Part shown: piece by piece, positions 25,671-32,346 of the stretch | Numbering within the stretch: position 1 is the stretch's first letter | Layout of the letters: each line of letters opens with the position of its first letter | Source: a virus | Virus record (IMG/VR): IMGVR_UViG_3300045988_014198 | Strand: one strand, 5' to 3' | Length of the DNA stretch: 42,402 nt | The notes under the pieces: model-generated | Database searches by the model: none | Told to the model about the DNA's origin: nothing | Seen by the model: only the letters and a program-made list of their open reading frames with translations | Translations under genes and position numbers: made by a program

Positions 25671-26093
25671 TTGGCTGAATATGTAAATACCAACATTGTT
25701 ACCGTACCTGCTGGACAGAATGTACCGCTGACGGAAACTGCCGTTGCGGGCAAGTCCTGCATCGTACACCGCGAGGGGAGCGGGCAGGTGTTCTTGCGTG
25801 GCCTGACAAACCAGTGCAAGGCGCGTTTCCGTGTGTCCTTCGGCGGAAACATTGCCATCCCCACCGGTGGCACGGTGGGCGCAATCTCCGCCGCGCTGGC
25901 TATCAACGGAGAGCCGCTGACCAGCGCCGTGGCGACAGTAACGCCCGCCGCCGTGGAGAACTATTTTAACATCTTTGTCGCTGCCAATGTGGACGTGCCG
26001 AAGGGCTGCTGCGTAACGGTAGCGATGGAGAACACCAGCGCTCAGGCGATCAGCTTTGCCAATAGCAACATGATCGTGGAGCGCGTCTGCTGA
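25671..26093 (+). CDS. Cargo gene e: all-beta protein, possibly a C1q/TNF/BclA-CTD-like jelly roll
   Basis: A TTG start follows AAAGGAGTGAG (start uncertain). The composition suggests alternating beta strands. LAINGEPLTSAVATV...NIFVAANVDVPKGCCVTVAMENTS...ISFANSNMIVERVC resembles the pattern of BclA-type C-terminal domains. Confidence 0.45.
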   Translation: MAEYVNTNIVTVPAGQNVPLTETAVAGKSCIVHREGSGQVFLRGLTNQCKARFRVSFGGNIAIPTGGTVGAISAALAINGEPLTSAVATVTPAAVENYFNIFVAANVDVPKGCCVTVAMENTSAQAISFANSNMIVERVC

Positions 26094-26106
26094 AAGGAGG
26101 GGCAAC

Positions 26107-26502
26107 ATGAACATGAAGGAGCTTTTCGGCATCCGGGAGATGCTGTGCGAGGAGCTGTCTGAGTTTTCCGGCCAGCGGGAGCTGAGCGCTGCTGAACTGG
26201 ACGCCATCCACAAACTGGCATCGTCCATCAAAAACATTGACAAAATTGCCATGTTTGAAAGCGGCGACTACAGCCGCGACGATGGGTATTCCCGCGATGA
26301 TGGCTATTCCCGTGACTGGTCTTCCGGTCGCACCGCCTACAACAGAGGCAGCTCGTATCGGCGCAAGAGGGATTCTATGGGCCGGTACAGCCGCGATGAG
26401 GGCAAGGCAAAGGATCTGATCGAGCGCATGATGCAGGACACCGACGATCCCAACGTAAAGGAAGCGCTGCGGCAGGCAATGCACGTTGTTGAGAACGGGT
26501 GA
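26107..26502 (+). CDS. Cargo gene f: hypothetical protein with (D)DGYSRD repeats
   Basis: 131 aa. A helical N-terminus (LSAAELDAIHKLASSIKNIDKI) is followed by GDYSRDDGYSRDDGYSRD, an R/S/Y-rich linker and a helical C-terminus. Confidence 0.5.
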   Translation: MNMKELFGIREMLCEELSEFSGQRELSAAELDAIHKLASSIKNIDKIAMFESGDYSRDDGYSRDDGYSRDWSSGRTAYNRGSSYRRKRDSMGRYSRDEGKAKDLIERMMQDTDDPNVKEALRQAMHVVENG

Positions 26503-26546
26503 CGTTGCTTACACGTTACTTACAAACGTGTTTTGGAGGAAATAAG

Positions 26547-26581
26547 AAAATCCCTGTAACCGTTGTGGTTACAGGGATTTT
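26547..26581. terminator. Bidirectional intrinsic terminator
   Basis: AAAATCCCTGTAACC-GTTGT-GGTTACAGGGATTTT: a perfect 10-bp GC-containing stem extended by A/T runs on both sides. Confidence 0.75.
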
Positions 26582-26583
26582 TG

Positions 26584-26638
26584 TGGTGCGCGGTACAGGA
26601 CTCGAACCTGTGACCCCATGCACGTCAAATATGGACAA
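26584..26638 (-). other. attP core: 3' portion of a tRNA gene (T-arm, acceptor 3' strand, CCA; reads as Val-GAC if homology reaches the anticodon loop)
   Basis: The reverse complement reads TTGACGT-GCATG-GGGTC-ACAGG-TTCGAGT-CCTGT-ACCGCGC-A-CCA. No matching 5' acceptor strand or D-arm is present, so this is a fragment. It is adjacent to the integrase. Confidence 0.7.
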
Positions 26639-26744
26639 TATAATTTCGCAACGTTTTTGCGCGGTTTTCGCGGTGTTTTGATTGTGTTTCACGGAAAACA
26701 ATAACCAGAATCCTTGTTGAGCGTTTTTGGGTTTTTTCGGTTAC

Positions 26745-27830
26745 TTACAAATTACTTGCAGATTCAACGGCGGAGATGAGCTTTTCCGCGTCTGCATGGA
26801 TGTAAATGTCCGCCGTGGTGGAGAAGTTTGCGTGACCGATGATCTTCTGCAAGATCTCCGGCTGGATGCCTGAACTTCTCGCCCATGTTGCGTAAGTGTG
26901 GCGCGTGGCGTGGGGTGTGTGCTTTGGGATACCGAGCTTTTCCAGCAACGGATAGAAATCACGTTTGCGGTAATTGGCGGGGATGCGCTGCCCATCGTAG
27001 CCGGAAATGAGCAGGTCGCCGGTGGCGCGGGAGGCGAAGTATGCAAAATACTTCCTACCATCCGGGCGGATGGGAATGACGCGGTCTCTACCGGCTTTTG
27101 TCTTTTCGCCGCCGATCACATACGATTCATGGTAGTCTTTCAGCGGCAGGGAGAACAATTCACCGATGCGCATACCGGTGTAAATCATCATAAGGGCGAT
27201 TTTGGCGGCGTCGGAGCCGTCTTTTTCCAATAGCGCGATCTCGTCATCTGTAAAGATGGCTTTTTCTTTTTTTACCTGCTGGGGCAGCTTGACGTATTTG
27301 GCAAAGTCGGTTGTGGCGATCTCCTCACGGACAGCCCAGCGGGCCATCTGGGTCATGAGCTGCTTGTATTTGGACAGCGTGGAGTTGGACTTTGCCATGT
27401 TGCTGTCGATGATGGCTTGAAAGTCCTTTGTGCGCAGGTCGCGGAATTTCTTGTTGTGCAGCGGAGCACATACGGCGTAGGCTCTGTCATAGGATTCTAC
27501 GCCCTTCTCCCCTATCTCCCGATAGTGTTCGGCTTTCCATTCGGTGAACACTTCGGAAAAGGTCATATTGAACTTTTCCTCCAGCGGACGGCCTGCCAGC
27601 CGATCCAGTGCGGCCAGCGCGTCCGTCTTCCGCTCGTAGTACCCGATATATACGCCGTCTTTTGCGGCGACCCAAGGCCGGGACCGCCGCCCACCCAGCT
27701 TATACACCGTGCCGGACCCGTTGGGGCGTTTCAGCGCCTTGCGGGAGGCCGTGACCTGCTTTTTCCCGCAGATATGGCAATAAACGGCATCCGGTACCAG
27801 GGGGACGCCGCATTTAATACAAGTAGACAT
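26745..27830 (-). CDS. int: Tyrosine integrase with N-terminal zinc ribbon
   Basis: 361 aa. The C-terminal HATRHTYATWA...LQKIIGHANFSTTADIYIH carries the R-H-R-Y catalytic signature. The N-terminus is CIKCG...CHICG. RBS is GTGAGGTG. Confidence 0.9.
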   Translation of the reverse strand: MSTCIKCGVPLVPDAVYCHICGKKQVTASRKALKRPNGSGTVYKLGGRRSRPWVAAKDGVYIGYYERKTDALAALDRLAGRPLEEKFNMTFSEVFTEWKAEHYREIGEKGVESYDRAYAVCAPLHNKKFRDLRTKDFQAIIDSNMAKSNSTLSKYKQLMTQMARWAVREEIATTDFAKYVKLPQQVKKEKAIFTDDEIALLEKDGSDAAKIALMMIYTGMRIGELFSLPLKDYHESYVIGGEKTKAGRDRVIPIRPDGRKYFAYFASRATGDLLISGYDGQRIPANYRKRDFYPLLEKLGIPKHTPHATRHTYATWARSSGIQPEILQKIIGHANFSTTADIYIHADAEKLISAVESASNL

Positions 27831-27932
27831 AGGGACACCTCACAAAGAAAAAGCAAGAATCTTGTAAATTTTGTCGATTGAAAACAAGGAACTTGTCATA
27901 TACAATGGTAGCAAACAAGTAGAACAAATGTT

Positions 27933-28322
27933 TTATTTCTGGAACAGGCCCATATCGGGGTTCAGCATATCAATGGTGATGCCGTATGCCAGGGCGAGAG
28001 CAAGCAGGATCATCAGGCCGAGGATCAGCTGATTCTTGTGGCGTATGGCTTTGGCGAGGATATGATTCATTTCCTGCTCGTGGGCAAGCTGCGCTTCAAG
28101 GGACGGATCGGGCGTTGGCTGAATATGAAAAAAAGCGTCTATCGACACACCGAGGACGCGGCAGATGGGTCCCGCTGTGTAGATAGACGGCATTTTGGAC
28201 GACGATGAAAAAAAGTTGTTGACGCTGGACAGCGGAACGTCGGAATTGTCGGATATGTCCTGCGCCGTCATCTTTTCTCGGTATTTGGCTTCTCTGCAAA
28301 TTTCCTGTAAAGATTCTTCCAT
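27933..28322 (-). CDS. Membrane-anchored XRE-family HTH protein
   Basis: The N-terminus (KMTAQDISDNSDVPLSSVNNFFSS...ICRVLGVSIDAFF) is XRE-type HTH. The C-terminus has a TM segment (LILGLMILLALALAYGITI). RBS is GAGGGAGGAA. Confidence 0.65.
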   Translation of the reverse strand: MEESLQEICREAKYREKMTAQDISDNSDVPLSSVNNFFSSSSKMPSIYTAGPICRVLGVSIDAFFHIQPTPDPSLEAQLAHEQEMNHILAKAIRHKNQLILGLMILLALALAYGITIDMLNPDMGLFQK

Positions 28323-28526
28323 TTGTATTCATTCCTCCCTCAACTGGGCGCGGCCTGCCCCGTTTCGGTTTGGCGCGGCGGGGCGGTCTGCCTTGTTCCG
28401 GCGTTGACCTGCCTAATGCGGTTTTGTTACGGTGAAACCGCAGCAGGTGCGCGTGATGGTTGGTGTGTCTGCTGTAAGCCCCCGCCGCCGTTGCGGAGGC
28501 GGCGGGGGCGCTTTGGTCGGTAAGTT

Positions 28527-28844
28527 TCATTTTTTCATCTCTGATTGCTCAAGTTTTCCTCTTTTTTTCAATATGGAAAAACCAATCGTTTTTAATAGCC
28601 AGTATTCAGCGATACCCCATGTAATGGAAAATACAATTAGAATTACGGTATCGATTTGCTGGTTGGCGTTAATCGAGGATGTGTATGTACCAAGCGCGGA
28701 ATACACGGCAAAAACAATACAAAGCTTTTTATACCATGAACCGGAAGTCGGCTTTTTGACGACCGCAGCTATAATCCACGGTATAACTCCAAGTGCAAAA
28801 AATGGTAATACGGTTGAAAGTATCAAAAATAGCACTCTTTTCAC
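28527..28844 (-). CDS. AT-rich cargo gene: small membrane protein
   Basis: Three hydrophobic segments (VLFLILSTVLPFFALGVIPWIIAAVV, LCIVFAVYSALGTY, VILIVFSITWGIAEYWLL). A GTG at 28844 follows GGAGG. The alternative TTG start at 28868 lacks an RBS. Confidence 0.5.
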   Translation of the reverse strand: MKRVLFLILSTVLPFFALGVIPWIIAAVVKKPTSGSWYKKLCIVFAVYSALGTYTSSINANQQIDTVILIVFSITWGIAEYWLLKTIGFSILKKRGKLEQSEMKK

Positions 28845-29045
28845 CCCCCTCCGGACAACATTATACAAACTGCACGGAATGTAAACAAGTTAAGAAAATG
28901 AATTTGGATATATAGCCAAACGCGGAGCAAAAAACTATACAATTTGACGAAAGAAGGGGAAAGAAAATGGGGAAAACACAGATTGCGGAACAGGAGATCA
29001 ACGCGGTGATCGACCTATACCGTAAGCTCACACCAGAGCGGAAAG

Positions 29046-29465
29046 TTACTTATCTTGCCCATCTGCGGCAGCTTGACGCAGATACGCCAGCTCCCGCGCA
29101 AGCTGCTCAGGAGACATCTTGCGAAGAATAGAGACAATTTCAAGCTCCTCGGCGCTCAAGTCCTCGGCCATGCGGCCGGGGGCTTTTTCTTTTTCATGAT
29201 ACCTTTTCACGCCCATCAAATTATTATCCCTTGCTGTCAAATCCAAAATATTTGAAAAAGCATCGGGCGCAACTAACAATTCATCGGTTGTTATATTTAG
29301 GGCAGAAGCTATTTTGAGCAAGCGGTCAATGGGAATCTTTTCCGTCTTTCCGGCCCCATATCTCTGTAATGTAGCTGGGCTAATTCCAGTTGCCTGCGAG
29401 AGATCGTTATAATTCATGTTGGCAAAAAACATAGCCCTTCTGATATTCTCGCTGATATATGACAT
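29046..29465 (-). CDS. CI-like repressor (XRE HTH)
   Basis: ATG 29465 follows AAAGAGGTGA. MNYNDLSQATGISPATLQRYGAGKTEKIPIDRLLKIASALNITTDELL is a canonical XRE HTH. It is divergent from the cro-like gene. Confidence 0.75.
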   Translation of the reverse strand: MSYISENIRRAMFFANMNYNDLSQATGISPATLQRYGAGKTEKIPIDRLLKIASALNITTDELLVAPDAFSNILDLTARDNNLMGVKRYHEKEKAPGRMAEDLSAEELEIVSILRKMSPEQLARELAYLRQAAADGQDK

Positions 29466-29490
29466 ATATTTCACCTCTTTCCTTAACAAC

Positions 29491-29519
29491 ATTAAAACAA
29501 AACAAGTTTGCTGTGTCAA
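29491..29519 (-). promoter_or_regulatory. Putative repressor-maintenance promoter
   Basis: On the minus strand: TTGACA (29519-29514), 17-nt spacer, TTTAAT (29496-29491), upstream of the repressor RBS. Confidence 0.45.
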
Positions 29520-29573
29520 CATCAAAATTGAGACACGTTGTAAAATTTCTATGAAAAAACATCAAAAACGATA

Positions 29574-29602
29574 TTGACAGAACGCTTGTTGAGTTTTATA
29601 AT
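29574..29602 (+). promoter_or_regulatory. Consensus early rightward promoter (PR-like)
   Basis: TTGACA (29574-29579), 17-nt spacer, TATAAT (29597-29602), 40 nt upstream of the cro-like start. Confidence 0.65.
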
Positions 29603-29642
29603 CAGTTTATCTCATTATTGATTGAGAAAGGAGGAGGTATAA

Positions 29643-29849
29643 GTGGTTGACTGCAAGAAGCTGCGCGGAAAGATTGCGGAGGCAGGCATGACCAAAACAA
29701 AGTTCGCACACTGCATCGGAATGACATATAACTCGCTTGCTGCAAAAATGAATGGTAACAGCCCATTCAAGGTAAGCGAAGCCGCGGAAATAGCAAGTTT
29801 GCTTAATTTGACAAATGAAGAAATTGTTTCAATTTTTTTTACCCGATAA
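29643..29849 (+). CDS. Cro-like XRE HTH regulator
   Basis: A GTG start lies 5 nt after GGAGGAGG. 68 aa, with MTKTKFAHCIGMTYNSLAAKMNG as the HTH. Confidence 0.7.
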   Translation: MVDCKKLRGKIAEAGMTKTKFAHCIGMTYNSLAAKMNGNSPFKVSEAAEIASLLNLTNEEIVSIFFTR

Positions 29850-29907
29850 AACTCAAAACTGAGTTTTATAATCAATAGCGGCAAAAATGGATATAGAGGA
29901 GGACGAA

Positions 29908-30642
29908 ATGAACGAACTAATCAAAGTTACCTACGACAACGACCGCCCCGCCGTCTCCGCGCGAGACTTACACGACTTTCTGGAAGTCAAGACGGCCTAC
30001 AAGGACTGGTTCCCCAGAATGTGTGAGTACGGTTTTACGATGGGCGAGGACTTCAACCCGCTCAAAAATGAGCGGGTTCAGATGGAGGGCAACAGATACG
30101 TTTCCAGAACGGTAGATGATGCCATCCTGACCATCGACATGGCGAAGGAGCTGTGCATGATCCAGCGCAACGAAAAGGGCAAACAGGCACGGCAGTACTT
30201 CATCCAGATCGAGAAGGACTGGAACAGTCCCGAAAAGATCATGGCGCGGGCGCTGCAAATTGCAAAGGACAAAATCATGCGGCTGGAAACCAAAGTAGAG
30301 GCTGACAGGCCAAAGGTGCTATTTGCCGATGCCGTCAGCGCGTCTCACACATCCATTCTGGTGGGAGAGTTGGCAAAACTGCTTCGGCAGAACGGCGCGG
30401 ACATCGGGCAAAACAGGCTGTTCGCATGGTTGCGGGACAACGGGTATCTCATCCGGCGAGGTGGCACCGACTACAATATGCCCACCCAGCGGTCTATGGA
30501 GATGGGCTTGTTTGACATCAAGGAGACTGCCATCACCCGCAGCGACGGGTCTATTACCATCAGCAAGACTGTAAAGGTAACGGGCAAAGGCCAGACGTAC
30601 TTTGTCAATAAGTTCTTGGGTGGATGCCGTGGCGAGGTGTGA
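29908..30642 (+). CDS. Antirepressor (AntA-type N-terminal domain + KilA-C/ANT C-terminal domain)
   Basis: VSARDLHDFLEVKTAYKDWFPRMCEYGF..GEDF and QRNEKGKQARQYFIQIEKDW are AntA-like. ADAVSASHTSILVGELAKLL..NG.DIGQNRLFAWLRDNGYL is ANT/KilAC-like. Confidence 0.8.
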   Translation: MNELIKVTYDNDRPAVSARDLHDFLEVKTAYKDWFPRMCEYGFTMGEDFNPLKNERVQMEGNRYVSRTVDDAILTIDMAKELCMIQRNEKGKQARQYFIQIEKDWNSPEKIMARALQIAKDKIMRLETKVEADRPKVLFADAVSASHTSILVGELAKLLRQNGADIGQNRLFAWLRDNGYLIRRGGTDYNMPTQRSMEMGLFDIKETAITRSDGSITISKTVKVTGKGQTYFVNKFLGGCRGEV

Positions 30643-30643
30643 T

Positions 30644-31000
30644 ATGGATGCGGAGCTGTTCAGTTTATTTTGCAGCCTGTGCGAAAAAGATAAAGACCTG
30701 GTGCTTGAACGGGCACGGGAGATGTCGACATCGGAGGACAGAAGTACTGAAAACCTCCTCCGTAAGCTGCGTGAGAGAGCCGGTCTGACGGCGGCAGGCG
30801 TTGCCAGAGCAGCCAGTATAAGCGAGGAAGCGTATCGGCGATACGAGCAGGGAGACACGACATATCTCTCATGGATTAAGTGTAAGCGGATAGCACAGGT
30901 GTTTGGATGTAACGTGTACTGGCTATGGGATGCTTTGCAGGGCATGGGACACGAGTTTACGGGGTACACCGGCAACGGCTGGATGACCCCACACAAATAA
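30644..31000 (+). CDS. XRE-type HTH protein
   Basis: LRKLRERAGLTAAGVARAASISEEAYRRYEQGDTT...RIAQVFGCNVYWL is HTH_XRE-like. The start overlaps the upstream stop. Confidence 0.6.
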   Translation: MDAELFSLFCSLCEKDKDLVLERAREMSTSEDRSTENLLRKLRERAGLTAAGVARAASISEEAYRRYEQGDTTYLSWIKCKRIAQVFGCNVYWLWDALQGMGHEFTGYTGNGWMTPHK

Positions 31001-31015
31001 AAGGAGGAGAAAGAA

Positions 31016-31225
31016 ATGAGCAGGATCGCAACGCTGACCGTGCAGGACGCCGCGCAGTACCTGCGAGATCGCGGGTTGAGCATATCGCCGGATACGCTGC
31101 GGCAGGGCATCAAGCAGGGGGTGTATCCTTTCGGGATCGTGATCGAAATGGAGCGAAGCCCTGTGTTCCAGATCTTCAAGAAGCAGCTGGACGCATGGAT
31201 CGCGGAAAGGACGGTGGAGGAATGA
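31016..31225 (+). CDS. Excisionase-type (HTH_17/MerR-like) DNA-binding protein
   Basis: 69 aa. LTVQDAAQYLRDRGLSISPDTLRQGIKQG matches the pattern of small phage excisionase/AlpA-type HTHs. The role as Xis is inferred. Confidence 0.5.
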   Translation: MSRIATLTVQDAAQYLRDRGLSISPDTLRQGIKQGVYPFGIVIEMERSPVFQIFKKQLDAWIAERTVEE

Positions 31226-31311
31226 GCGCGTTTGCATGGACGCTGACGTTTATCGGCGCGGCATGGCTGAGCTGGGCCATCGTCAAGAGCGTGGAGGCGC
31301 TGGGGAGATGA
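31222..31311 (+). CDS. Possible 29-aa membrane peptide
   Basis: The ATG overlaps the upstream stop and follows GGTGGAGGAA. MSAFAWTLTFIGAAWLSWAIV is hydrophobic. It is too short to support strongly. Confidence 0.3.
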   Translation: MSAFAWTLTFIGAAWLSWAIVKSVEALGR

Positions 31312-31592
31312 ACGGAACGACAATCGAAACGATGTTGTACCGCAGGTACAAGACGTCTTTCTCCGATTGCGAAACGGTACTCGGAAGCTACGACAAAGAG
31401 CGAAAGACAATTGATGTGATACTCCCGGATGGGCGCATGAAGCCGTCCGGCGTTCGCGGGAAATCTTATCACTGGATGGAGTTTTCCGGCGTAGAAAACG
31501 CTACAGGACGGCCGGTGCGATGCACAATCAAGGCAATTTGCAGGGACAACGCAGTTAAGCGTCTGGCAAAGAGCTGCACCTGGAACATTTAG
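31308..31592 (+). CDS. Hypothetical protein
   Basis: 94 aa from ATG 31308 (follows GGGGAG). No family recognised. Confidence 0.45.
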   Translation: MNGTTIETMLYRRYKTSFSDCETVLGSYDKERKTIDVILPDGRMKPSGVRGKSYHWMEFSGVENATGRPVRCTIKAICRDNAVKRLAKSCTWNI

Positions 31593-31612
31593 GCCACATG
31601 GAGGTAACGGGT

Positions 31613-32128
31613 ATGAGAGAGCGGAACAGGCGGGCGCGGGAGTATTCCCAGCGCTGCTGGGAGCGGCGGTGGAACAGGCGGCTCTGGATCCTCAACGCTT
31701 TGATGATCCTGCTGATCATCGGTATCCTCCTCTGGGCGCTGACGCTGCCGGAGGCACAGGAGCCGGAGGACGCACCCCCTCCTCTGTCCACTGCGGTGCA
31801 GGCGGCGGTGCTGTCCGCCGCAAAGCCGCCGGAGAATCTGCTGGTATGCGACATCACCGGCTATTGCGCCTGCTGCACGCCCTATGCGGACATCAACCGC
31901 AACGAGGCAGGGCAGGTGCTGACGGCCTCTGGACGGTGGGTCTGCATCGGCGAGGCGGTGGCAGTTGACCCGGACATTATCCCCCTGGGCAGCACCGTGA
32001 CTATCGGAGGCAAGGAGTACATAGCAGCCGACACCGGAGTGTACGGCTACACGGTGGACGTGCTGATGACCCACGAGGAGGCGGCGCAGGCTGGTGTGGT
32101 GAAAGCAATGGTGCAGTGGGAATGGTAG
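31613..32128 (+). CDS. Membrane-anchored 3D-domain (MltA/RlpA-like double-psi beta-barrel) protein
   Basis: ATG 31613 lies 7 nt after GGAGGT. It has an N-terminal TM (LWILNALMILLIIGILLWAL). ITGYCACC...LTASG...GEAVAVDPDIIPLGSTVTI.GKEYIAADTG...VDVLM..EEAAQAGV matches the 3D-domain pattern. Confidence 0.7.
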   Translation: MRERNRRAREYSQRCWERRWNRRLWILNALMILLIIGILLWALTLPEAQEPEDAPPPLSTAVQAAVLSAAKPPENLLVCDITGYCACCTPYADINRNEAGQVLTASGRWVCIGEAVAVDPDIIPLGSTVTIGGKEYIAADTGVYGYTVDVLMTHEEAAQAGVVKAMVQWEW

Positions 32129-32346
32129 GTCTGACGAACAGGGTGGGCACGCCCTGCAAGGACTGCCGGAGCAGGCACCCGAAGTGCCACGGACAGTGCG
32201 AGGAGTACGCGGCGTATCTGGAGGCCACCAAGGCTGACAAGGCCAAGCGCTACGCGGCGTACAGCGAGATCGACTTTTACAGCATAAACAACGCAAGGCG
32301 CGAGAGGGCCAAAATGGTGATAAAAAGAAAGAGGGAAGGACGATGA
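32116..32346 (+). CDS. Hypothetical Cys/His-rich basic protein
   Basis: 76-aa ORF with CKDCRSRHPKCHGQC and a K/R-rich tail. It overlaps both neighbours. Confidence 0.45.
   Translation: MGMVGLTNRVGTPCKDCRSRHPKCHGQCEEYAAYLEATKADKAKRYAAYSEIDFYSINNARRERAKMVIKRKREGR

Noticed and set aside
26584-26660. A complete tRNA gene on the minus strand.
   Set aside because: Only the anticodon-loop-to-CCA portion is present. The sequence 5' of the loop (CCATAT) does not pair with the GCATG stem, and no D-arm or 5' acceptor strand (GCGCGGT) occurs at the required distance. It is therefore treated as an attP fragment.
26499-26681. 60-aa + strand ORF (and the 26516-26701 minus ORF) between cargo gene f and the integrase.
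   Set aside because: It spans a strong terminator hairpin and the tRNA-derived attP core, has no RBS, and its composition is unconvincing.
28432-28884. 150-aa + strand ORF antisense to the 28527-28844 membrane gene, and the 144-aa minus ORF 28096-28530.
   Set aside because: The minus-strand 28527-28844 reading gives clean TM helices with K-rich loops and fits the orientation of the lysogeny block. The + ORF starts in a GC-rich hairpin region. The 28096-28530 ORF is R/P/A-rich and overlaps the well-supported HTH gene.
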